A program made the position numbers and the translations under genes. From an uncultured delta proteobacterium (GTDB lineage: Bacteria; Myxococcota; Myxococcia; Myxococcales; 40CM-4-68-19): a stretch of 64,000 nt of DNA. The stretch's first letter is position 1; each line of letters opens with the position of its first letter. The stretch is taken from the NCBI GenBank assembly GCA_903911145.1, contig CAIWCD010000002.1:62001-126000 (forward strand), read 5' to 3'. This document shows positions 54,818-62,824 of the stretch, piece by piece. Below the pieces are notes generated by a model. It ran no database searches, was not told the origin of the DNA, and was given only the letters and a program-made list of their open reading frames with translations.

Positions 54818-55672
54818 CTAGAACGGCGCCGCGATCACCTTCGCGAGCGCGAGCGGCCGCTCGAGATGCGGGCAATGGCCGGCCTTCTCGAGCAGATGGA
54901 ACTGCGCGCGCAGAAGCTCCTTGCGCCAGAACGGCAGCGTCTCGGCGGGCAGCAGGCGATCGCTTGCACCCCAGATGAGACGCGTCGGAACGCTCAGGTT
55001 CGCAAGATCGCCGCTGGCAATGAAATCGCTTTCGACGAGAGAGGTGATGACTCCGCTGATCGGCGGCGCGCGCATCTGCTTGAGCACTTCGCCGGGAAAC
55101 AGCTCGAGCGCCTTGGGCGCGCTGTGGAACGCGCTGCGCAGGTAGCGGCGCGCGCCGTGGTGATCGTCGGCGAGGATCAGCTTGCGGAACGGATCCCACT
55201 CCGCCTCGGGCAAGAGCGGCCCGCCCGGATTCACCAGCACCAATCCCGGCGGCGAAATCGAGCCCTCGAGAATCAGTTTGAGTGCCAACCATCCGCCCAG
55301 CGAATGGCCGACGATGCGCGCCCCCGGAACAGCCTGGGCCGCGGCCCGCGCGCCCGCGAGCATCGTCGAGAGCTTCCAGTTCGGCGGCGCCTCCGACAGT
55401 CCGTGGCCGGAGAGATCGACGATGTGCACGCGAAAGCGCGCGAGCAGCGGCAGCGAGGCCTGCCCCCAGCCCGCGATCGAATCACCGAGGCCGTGCAGCA
55501 CGAGCAGAGGCGGCAGCTTGCGCGAACCGCGCGCGACCATGCGCAGCCGACCCGCGGGAGTCTCGAGGTGCGTCACCTCGCCGCCCGTTTCGGCCAGCTT
55601 GCGCAACAGCGACATCGCGAACGGCTCGCGCGGAGTGCGGGCGCGCTGCTCGATGGCCTCGGAGCGCGTCAA
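54818..55672 (-). CDS. Alpha/beta hydrolase
   Basis: HGLG, GHSLGG nucleophile elbow, WGASD, GHCPHLE. Confidence 0.9.
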   Translation of the reverse strand: MTRSEAIEQRARTPREPFAMSLLRKLAETGGEVTHLETPAGRLRMVARGSRKLPPLLVLHGLGDSIAGWGQASLPLLARFRVHIVDLSGHGLSEAPPNWKLSTMLAGARAAAQAVPGARIVGHSLGGWLALKLILEGSISPPGLVLVNPGGPLLPEAEWDPFRKLILADDHHGARRYLRSAFHSAPKALELFPGEVLKQMRAPPISGVITSLVESDFIASGDLANLSVPTRLIWGASDRLLPAETLPFWRKELLRAQFHLLEKAGHCPHLERPLALAKVIAAPF

Positions 55673-55675
55673 GGT

Positions 55676-55885
55676 CTAGATGTCTTCGGGGCGCAGCGTC
55701 GAGCGGCCATTCGCTGTGCAGCGCGCGATCGCCTTCACGACGGTCTCTTCGACATGCGTCGAGAGCGCGTGGATGAACTCGTCGGAGACGCGCTTCTCCT
55801 TGCTGCGGATGAGCTCGCGCACCTTCGACTGGACGATGAGCAGTTCCTTCTTCTCCGCAGAGGCAGCTTCCGTCGATTCAGCCAT
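55676..55885 (-). CDS. Bacterial histone-fold protein (Bd0055/HMf-like), 69 aa
   Basis: LLIVQSKVRELIR..RVSDEFIHALSTHVEETVVKAIARCTANGRSTLRPEDI with the histone-fold RxTxxxxD motif; GGGAGAG RBS before ATG 55885. Confidence 0.88.
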   Translation of the reverse strand: MAESTEAASAEKKELLIVQSKVRELIRSKEKRVSDEFIHALSTHVEETVVKAIARCTANGRSTLRPEDI

Positions 55886-56048
55886 CGTTGCTCTCCCGTG
55901 GTGGGTTTGAGATCGTGGGCTCGTTTGAGTAACAGCGCGCCGCCGCACGCGCAACGCACGAGTCCTCCTCTGGAAGAGTGAGTCAATCGCGCGCATATCC
56001 ACCTGCGCTTTGCCCTGATACGGTCGCGCCCTTTGGTTGATGTGAAAG

Positions 56049-56873
56049 GTGGAACGCGTGGACAAGCCCTACGGGATCGAGCAGCGCGACAAGAAGGCCC
56101 TCACCGCTGGCTACAGCCCGAACATCCGCCGTTTCGAGATCACCAGCATCATCGCCTTCACGCTCTCGATCCTCTGGCTCGGCAGCAAGATCGCGCCTGG
56201 CGTGGTCGCCCGCCCCGTCCTCGCACTGGCGATGTTCTTCGTGGGCGCGCTGGGCGCGGACTTCCTCACCGGCATGTTCCATTGGGCCGCCGACACCTGG
56301 GGCACCGTCGAGTGGCCGATCGTCGGCGTGGGTCTCATTCGCCCGTTCCGCGAGCACCACATCGATCAGCTCGAGATCACCCGCCACGACTTCATCGAGA
56401 CCAACGGCGCAAGCGCGTTCATCACCTTCTTCTTCATCATCGCTGCGGCCCAGCTTCCGCAGGGTCCGGGCCTGACCTGGCAGTTCTGCGTCGGCGCCGC
56501 CACCCTGTCGACGATGATCCTCGGCTTCTTCACCAACCAGTTCCACAAGTGGTCGCACGAATCGCGCCCGCCCGCTCTGGTGGCGGCTTTGCAGCGCTGG
56601 CACGTGATCCTGCCGGTCGGTCATCATCAAGTGCATCACGTCGCGCCGTACACGAAGTACTACTGCATCACCAACGGCTGGCTGAATGAGCCGCTGCACC
56701 AGATCGGGTACTTCCGTGTCATGGAGCGGGTGATCTCGGCCGTGACGGGCCTCGTCCCACGCGAGGATGATCTCGGCAAGAAGGCCGCGACCGCGCTGGT
56801 CGATGACGCGCTCAAGAGCGCCGAGGCCGCAGCAACCTCGACGAGCAGTGCCCCTTCGCAATCGGGCCGGTGA
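56049..56873 (+). CDS. carF: CarF/TMEM189 plasmanylethanolamine desaturase
   Basis: ADFLTGMFHWAADTWG, FREHH, HKWSH, HQVHH, YCITNGW. Confidence 0.9.
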   Translation: MERVDKPYGIEQRDKKALTAGYSPNIRRFEITSIIAFTLSILWLGSKIAPGVVARPVLALAMFFVGALGADFLTGMFHWAADTWGTVEWPIVGVGLIRPFREHHIDQLEITRHDFIETNGASAFITFFFIIAAAQLPQGPGLTWQFCVGAATLSTMILGFFTNQFHKWSHESRPPALVAALQRWHVILPVGHHQVHHVAPYTKYYCITNGWLNEPLHQIGYFRVMERVISAVTGLVPREDDLGKKAATALVDDALKSAEAAATSTSSAPSQSGR

Positions 56874-56933
56874 TAGCGTCCGTGAATTCGCAGGGGGGCG
56901 TTTGCCCGCCGCTCTGCGCACCGGAGGCTTCGC

Positions 56934-58688
56934 TTGGCCCTGCTCGCGCTCTCTCGACACCTGACGTTCCACGCCCGCGGTGACGCTGCATTCGTCTGGC
57001 ACGGCCTGACCGGCGATGTCGCGGAGATGAGCCGCGATGTGCTCGCGCTCCTGCTCTGCTTCTCGCCCGCCGCCGAGGAGAATGTCGTCGCGAAGGCGCC
57101 GCCCGCGGGCCTGACCAGGCAGCAAGTCGAAGAGTTCGTTCCCATCCTGCGCGCGCGTCGCATGCTGGTGCTCGCGCCCTCGGGGCAACACAAGATCGAC
57201 GAGATGTCGCCGCTGCTCGCGGGTGTTCCACGCATCCCACGCGCGGCCGTCTATCTGCGCCGCAAGCGCGATGACAAGCCGCTCGAGATCACCCTCTACA
57301 CACGCGATGGCAAGCCGCTCACGCTCGACGAGACGACGGCGACGCTCTTTGATCGCTGCGACGGCGAGCACACGCTCGGGCAGGTGCTCGCGGATGCGGG
57401 TCCCGCAGCTCTCGAGCCGCTGTTGCGTCTGGCGCGCGCCGATGTCGCGGCCCTGAAGATTCTGCCCAAGCGGGTCAGCGAGGGCGGCGTCGTGCTCAAT
57501 CCGGCGGCCGAGTCGACGATGCCCTATCCCGAGCTGCCTGACGTGCGCGCCTATGCTGCGGGCGGCCGTGCGCCCGGCGGCGCTCCGGACGATCTGCGCG
57601 GCTATCACGAGAACATCGACGACGCGCAGGCGCAGTTCGACGAGACGGAGACGACGCTCGCGCATCTGTTCCGCGAGCCGCACGCGTCGCTCAAGGGCCG
57701 CACGTTCGGCGCTGCGCTCGCCTCGGGTCTGCTGCTGCGCGGGGCGCTCCGGCACGCGAAGGGCCGCAAGATCCGTCTTCTCGAAGTCGGCGGCGGATTG
57801 GGTTTCGTCGGCGAATCTCTGCGCGCTGCTCTCGCCGCCGCGCCCGAGGGTGCGGCCGGAATCACGGCGATGAACATCGACCTCTCGCCCGCTCTTGCTG
57901 CGGCCCAGAAGCAGAAGGGGCTTTCTGTCGCGCGCGCCGATGCGCTCGCGCTCCCCGCGAAAGAGGAGAGCTTCGACCTCATCATCTCCAACGAGATGGT
58001 CGGCGATCTCGGCACCAGCATCGACCCGAATCCGCCTGCACCCGAAGTCGTCGAGAGCGCGCTGGCGACCGCGCCAGCAGCGGGCGAGCGCGATTCGGAT
58101 CGTCCCGACAGCGATGGGTCCGAGGGTGAGGGTGACGACGTGGATGGCAACAGGCCGGTCGCGCCGCCTCCGCCTCCGCAGCAACCGGCGACGCCTCAAG
58201 GTCCGCGCATGATCAACGACGGCGCGGTGCGCTTCGTGCGCGAAGCGGCCGCGATGCTGGCGCCGGGAGGGATGCTCTACGTCAGCGAGTTCGGCGATCC
58301 GACGGCCAATCCGATCTGCTCGACGCATCTGGATCACGACGAGTGGTCGATCCGTTTCGCCGATCTACAGGCCGCCGCGACCGCTGCGGGCCTGGGTGCG
58401 CGCGTCGTTCCTCTTTCCGAATTGCTCTCGCTCGACGGTGCACCGCAGGCGCTCTCGACGACACGCGCGTCGTTCGCGGCACTGCGCGCGCTCTTCGGAG
58501 GTCAGGGCCTGAAGCTCACCAAGCGGGCCTGGCTGCGCACGGAGATCGAGGCGCTCGCCGACGGGAAGCTGGACCTCACCGAGGTGCGCGGCCTGCAGTG
58601 GGCGCCGCTGGGAGAGCGCACGATGGGTCTGCAGCCGCGCGAGTTCTGGGCGCTGGTGGCCACCAAGCCTGGACGCACGCTGCACTGA
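56934..58688 (+). CDS. SAM-dependent methyltransferase with two N-terminal PqqD/RRE-like domains
   Basis: LLEVGGGLG, DLIISNEMVGDL, LAPGG; N-terminal LDETTATLFDRCDGEHTLGQV. Confidence 0.75.
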   Translation: MALLALSRHLTFHARGDAAFVWHGLTGDVAEMSRDVLALLLCFSPAAEENVVAKAPPAGLTRQQVEEFVPILRARRMLVLAPSGQHKIDEMSPLLAGVPRIPRAAVYLRRKRDDKPLEITLYTRDGKPLTLDETTATLFDRCDGEHTLGQVLADAGPAALEPLLRLARADVAALKILPKRVSEGGVVLNPAAESTMPYPELPDVRAYAAGGRAPGGAPDDLRGYHENIDDAQAQFDETETTLAHLFREPHASLKGRTFGAALASGLLLRGALRHAKGRKIRLLEVGGGLGFVGESLRAALAAAPEGAAGITAMNIDLSPALAAAQKQKGLSVARADALALPAKEESFDLIISNEMVGDLGTSIDPNPPAPEVVESALATAPAAGERDSDRPDSDGSEGEGDDVDGNRPVAPPPPPQQPATPQGPRMINDGAVRFVREAAAMLAPGGMLYVSEFGDPTANPICSTHLDHDEWSIRFADLQAAATAAGLGARVVPLSELLSLDGAPQALSTTRASFAALRALFGGQGLKLTKRAWLRTEIEALADGKLDLTEVRGLQWAPLGERTMGLQPREFWALVATKPGRTLH

Positions 58689-58807
58689 TCGCGGGCGTTG
58701 GAGTGCGCTGCAGCAGCTCGTCTGTGCTGGGTGCGGCGGCCTCGCCAACGGACCCGAAGCGAAGCCTTGTTGGGAATTCCTTCACGACCGGATTCGAGAA
58801 ACACGCT

Positions 58808-60454
58808 TTGAAGTTTTTCTCATCGCGGATTCTTCCCGCAACCCTCGTTGCCTTGCTTGCTCTACTGCCTCTCGCGGCGGTTCTCGCCTACGGCGTACGT
58901 GTCCCGATCGAGGATGAGTGGGATCATCTTGAGCAACTTGTGCGGCTCGAGCATGGGCAACTCCATCTCGCGGACCTGTTCGCTCGGTACAACGAGCATC
59001 GCCTCGTGTTCACGCGCGTCGTTTTGTACGCCCTGGATCTCGCGAGTGGGTTTGACAACCGCTGGTCGATGCGGCTGAGCGGACTGTTGGTGGCGGCCTG
59101 CATCGCGATGCTGACCGCTTCGACGATGTCCGGCGGTTGGACGGCTCGCGGTCTGTGGAAGTGCGTTCCTGTCGCGCTGGTATTCGCCAATCTCAGACAG
59201 CTCGATGGGCTTCTCTGGGGCTGGGCGGTGCAGGCCTATCTTTGTCTCGCGCTCTCGGTCGCAGCGCTCGTCGTGCTCAAGGAGGGGCAAGACCGCCGCC
59301 GCGTGCTCGCGTTCTGTGGACTTTCTCTACTCGCCGCCGCGAGCTGGGCAGCGGGCATCGCCGTCTTTCCTGCCGCGCTCCTGCAATGGTGGTGCGCTCG
59401 ACCCAGGCACGACACGACTGGAGCGCGCTTCCGCCTCGGCCCGCTTGCGATCACCATGACGTTCGCGCTCACCAGCGTCTGGCTCGCATGGGGAGTTCCG
59501 CTCGAGAGCAGCGGAGTCCGGTTCGGCGAGCGTGCAACCGCGCTGCTGCTCCTGCTGGGAAGTCCGCTCTCCGGGGATCCGGCGCTCGCAACAGTCGCGG
59601 GGGCCTCGCTGCTCGCGGTCTCCACTCTGGTTCTATCGATGGTTGCGACGCATCGACTCCGACTTACGCAGGGAGCTCTGCCGGTGGGAGTTCTTTCGTT
59701 CGGTCTTGGAGCCGCGCTGCTCCTGGCGATTGGACGAGCGTCTGCGGACTGGCACGACCTGCTCAACGCCCGCTATGTCGCGGTGCTCGCCACCATCCCC
59801 GCCGGTCTCTGGCTCCTGCTCCTGCAACTCCAACCCACGCCGCCTGCTCTCCCCGCTCTGGCCGCATTGCTTGCTTTAGCAACTCTCTGGGCCGCGGCAA
59901 CGGGCGCACGAGAAGCGGTCGCGCTCGGCCCGGTGCGACAGACGGAACGGCGGTTGCTGGCCTGGTTCGCCCGCACCGCCGCGCTACAGACCGACCAAAC
60001 GCTCCACTTCCTCGGAAGCAACACGCCCGCCGTTCGCCGCGGCGCGCAGTCGCTCGAGAGGCTGCATTGGAACGTCTGGCGCAGCGACGAGGCGGCGCCG
60101 CGCAGTCTGTCTGCAGGTGTCGCGGTCGGCACACTCGAACTGCTCAACGGAGGGCCCATCCCGAGCGATACTCACGCCGTCCTCCAACTGCCGGGCGAGA
60201 CGCTGTTCGACATCAAAGGTCGCGCGCTCGACGCCGCGGGTCGCGCTGCTCGCGTGTTTATCGCCATCGATGACGTTCGACTTCCCGCCTATCTCGAGGA
60301 AGACAGCCCCGAATACGAGGGTCGCTTTCGAGCGCAACTCTGGCTGCGCCCGTTGGGTCTGGGCCTCCATCGCGTCCGCGTCCTTGCGGGAGCGGAAGGC
60401 GGCTCGACGGAGGCGCTTATTGCTGCTCCGATTTGGGTCGAGGTGCTTCCATAG
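58808..60454 (+). CDS. Polytopic membrane protein, possibly GT-C glycosyltransferase-like, with soluble C-terminal domain
   Basis: PIEDEW and YNEHR in the first loop, about 11 TMs; start (TTG 58808) uncertain. Confidence 0.6.
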   Translation: MKFFSSRILPATLVALLALLPLAAVLAYGVRVPIEDEWDHLEQLVRLEHGQLHLADLFARYNEHRLVFTRVVLYALDLASGFDNRWSMRLSGLLVAACIAMLTASTMSGGWTARGLWKCVPVALVFANLRQLDGLLWGWAVQAYLCLALSVAALVVLKEGQDRRRVLAFCGLSLLAAASWAAGIAVFPAALLQWWCARPRHDTTGARFRLGPLAITMTFALTSVWLAWGVPLESSGVRFGERATALLLLLGSPLSGDPALATVAGASLLAVSTLVLSMVATHRLRLTQGALPVGVLSFGLGAALLLAIGRASADWHDLLNARYVAVLATIPAGLWLLLLQLQPTPPALPALAALLALATLWAAATGAREAVALGPVRQTERRLLAWFARTAALQTDQTLHFLGSNTPAVRRGAQSLERLHWNVWRSDEAAPRSLSAGVAVGTLELLNGGPIPSDTHAVLQLPGETLFDIKGRALDAAGRAARVFIAIDDVRLPAYLEEDSPEYEGRFRAQLWLRPLGLGLHRVRVLAGAEGGSTEALIAAPIWVEVLP

Positions 60455-60574
60455 CGGAACGAGACTCCCCTCAGCAGAGGACGGGGCAGAGGCCAGACCG
60501 ATTTCGAGAACTCTTCTCGGCCCAGGTCTGCGGGCGCGTTGCACGACACCTTCTCGATCGCTCGCAGGCGTTCC

Positions 60575-61237
60575 CTAGAGAGGAGCCGCCCTGCGCAGCG
60601 CCGCGATCGCCTCGGCGTAGTTCTTCTCGCCGAACACCGCCGTGCCCGCGACCAGCACGCTCGCGCCCGCCGAGATCACGCGCGGTGCGGTCTGCGGCGT
60701 GATCCCGCCGTCCACTTCAATGCGCGTACCGAGCCCACGCTGCGCGATGCGATTGGCGAGCCGTTCGATCTTCGGCAGGCAGCTCTCGATGAAGCTCTGT
60801 CCACCAAATCCGGGATTCACCGTCATCACCAGCACGAGATCGGTCGTGTCGAGCACGTAGTCGATCGCGTCGTCGTGCGTGCCCGGATTGAGCGCGACAC
60901 CCGCGAGGCAGGAGTGCGTGCGGATCTGCTGGAGCGTGCGGTGCAGGTGCGGCGAGGCCTCAGCGTGCACGGTGATCGTCCGCGCGCCGGCCTTGGCGAA
61001 CGCCTCGACGTACTTTTCCGGCTCGACCATCATCAAGTGACAGTCGAGCGGGCGGGTCGCGACCTTCTTCATCGCGGCCACCACGGGCGGCCCCCAGGTG
61101 AGATTCGGCACGAAGCGGCCATCCATCACATCGACATGAATCCAGTCGGCTCCCGCCGCCTCGACGGCGCGAATCTCCTCGCCGATGCGGGCGAGGTCGC
61201 AGGAGAGCAGAGAGGGCGCGATGAGGAGTGGGTGCAC
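60575..61237 (-). CDS. rpe: Ribulose-phosphate 3-epimerase
   Basis: IAPSLL, HVDVMDGRFVPN, MTVNPGFGGQ, VDGG. Confidence 0.97.
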   Translation of the reverse strand: MHPLLIAPSLLSCDLARIGEEIRAVEAAGADWIHVDVMDGRFVPNLTWGPPVVAAMKKVATRPLDCHLMMVEPEKYVEAFAKAGARTITVHAEASPHLHRTLQQIRTHSCLAGVALNPGTHDDAIDYVLDTTDLVLVMTVNPGFGGQSFIESCLPKIERLANRIAQRGLGTRIEVDGGITPQTAPRVISAGASVLVAGTAVFGEKNYAEAIAALRRAAPL

Positions 61238-61260
61238 AGATTGCTCGAGGTCGAAGTCGT

Positions 61261-61298
61261 TTAGAACGTGCGTTCGATTTTTAGAATGATCGTTCTAA
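61261..61298. promoter_or_regulatory. Tandem palindromic operator-like sites upstream of rpe
   Basis: TTAGAACGTGCGTTCGAT (61261) and TTAGAATGATCGTTCTAA (61281), 20-bp period. Confidence 0.6.
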
Positions 61299-62677
61299 TG
61301 GCCAGATTTCGAATCGCTGGCGGCGCGGCGCATGCGGATGGCGAAGAAGCCGTCGGTGCCGCTGCGGTTGGGCAGAGCGAGAAGCGCTCCGTCGTCGCGA
61401 ATGAGCGCCTGCGCTGCGGGCCGCGCCCAGCCTGGCGGCGGTGCTTCGCGGACAAAGTCAGGGTGCGCGGCGAGGAAGCGCGTGATCGTCTCGTCGCACT
61501 CCTCGGGCGTGAAGGTGCAGAGCGCGAAGACGAAGAGGCCGCCCTTCTTGCAGAGAGGCTCCAGCGCGTTGAGCAGCCGCAGTTGCAGCGTCGCGAGCCG
61601 ATCGATGTCCTCAGGCGTGCGACGAAGCTTGAGCTCCGGGTGGCGTCGCAGAGTGCCGAGACCCGAGCAGGGCGCATCGAGGAGGATCAGATCGAACGAC
61701 TCAGGACCCTCGCCCGGCAGAGGCAGCGTCGCATCGGCAGCACGCGCCTCGAGGTTGAGATAGCCCATGCGCCGCGCGGCCTCGGCGATGATCTTCGTCT
61801 TGCGCGCATGCAGATCGATGGCGACGACGCGGCCCTCAGGTCCGACCAGTTCAGCCAGATGGCAGGCCTTGCCGCCGGGAGCAGCGCAGGCATCGAGAAC
61901 GCGCGCACCCGCGCTGGGCGCGGCATAGAGCGACACGAGTTGCGCCGCTTCGTCCTGCGCCTGGAAGAGTCCCTGCGCGTGGCCTTCGAGATCGAGCGCG
62001 GGCGGTGCGCCCTCCTGCAGCACCAGCGCGTCGGGCGAATAGAGACCGGGTTCGCTCTGCAGGCCATCGGCGAGCAGCGCGGCCTGCGCCTCCTCAAGCG
62101 TGGCCCTCTTGCGGTTGCGCCGCACCGTCGCGCGCGCCTGCGTTTGATTGGCGCGGCAGAGAGCCTCGGTTTCCTCGAGACCCAACGCGCGACTCCAGCG
62201 CTCGACCAGCCAGCGAGGATGCGACGTGATCGCCGCGATGCGCCCGATCGGATCGGTATCCTGAGAGGGCGGCGGCGGCGAAACGCGAACCTCGGAAAGA
62301 CGACGCAGGATCGCGTTGACGAATCCCGCAGCGTTCGGCGCGCGCAGCTCCTTGCAGAGCTCGACCGCCTGGTGAACCACCGCGCGCGCGGGCACGGTCG
62401 GATGGTGCAACAGCTCGAACGCACCGAGCCGCAGCACCGCGCGCACCGGTCCGTCCATCTGCGCAAGCGGGCGTGCACTGTGGGCCTCGATCGCGCGATC
62501 GAGCTCCTGCTGCCAGCGCACCGTCCCGTAACTCAGCTCCGTGGTGAGCGCGGCCTCGCGCGGCTCGATCGCGCCCGCGGAGCGCAGCGCGCCGTCGAGC
62601 GCGAGATTGAGAAACGCGCCCCCCTGCTCCACGCGCTGGATCACTTCGATGGCAAGTCGTCGCGCGGTCGAGGGCAC
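61295..62677 (-). CDS. rsmB: 16S rRNA m5C967 methyltransferase RsmB
   Basis: NusB-like N-terminus, QDEAAQ, DACAAPGGK, DAPCSGLG, DGFF. Confidence 0.95.
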   Translation of the reverse strand: MPSTARRLAIEVIQRVEQGGAFLNLALDGALRSAGAIEPREAALTTELSYGTVRWQQELDRAIEAHSARPLAQMDGPVRAVLRLGAFELLHHPTVPARAVVHQAVELCKELRAPNAAGFVNAILRRLSEVRVSPPPPSQDTDPIGRIAAITSHPRWLVERWSRALGLEETEALCRANQTQARATVRRNRKRATLEEAQAALLADGLQSEPGLYSPDALVLQEGAPPALDLEGHAQGLFQAQDEAAQLVSLYAAPSAGARVLDACAAPGGKACHLAELVGPEGRVVAIDLHARKTKIIAEAARRMGYLNLEARAADATLPLPGEGPESFDLILLDAPCSGLGTLRRHPELKLRRTPEDIDRLATLQLRLLNALEPLCKKGGLFVFALCTFTPEECDETITRFLAAHPDFVREAPPPGWARPAAQALIRDDGALLALPNRSGTDGFFAIRMRRAASDSKSGH

Positions 62678-62767
62678 AGGAGTGCGCTCCTATCACGCCG
62701 CGCCGCTCCAGAGTGGATCCGGCGATGATCGTTTGCGCCGCGAACGATCTCGACTAGCGTGCCGCGC

Positions 62768-62824
62768 ATGCGCAATGCATCGATTTCCCGGAGTCGTCTT
62801 TGGGGCCCGCGTTCACGCGGTTGA
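62768..62824 (+). other. Putative leaderless Trp-containing leader ORF (MRNASISRSRLWGPRSRG*) overlapping the trpE 5' end
   Basis: TAGCGT (62755-60) -N7- ATG; single TGG directly after CTT; TGA at 62822-24. Confidence 0.45.

Noticed and set aside
54729..55292. Long N-terminal extensions given by the ORF track (M16 peptidase, accC, mutase, rsfS, rsmE, 18500 and 58343 ORFs, histone)
   Set aside because: They overlap neighbouring real genes or lack homology-like content; downstream starts with RBS or -10 signals fit better.
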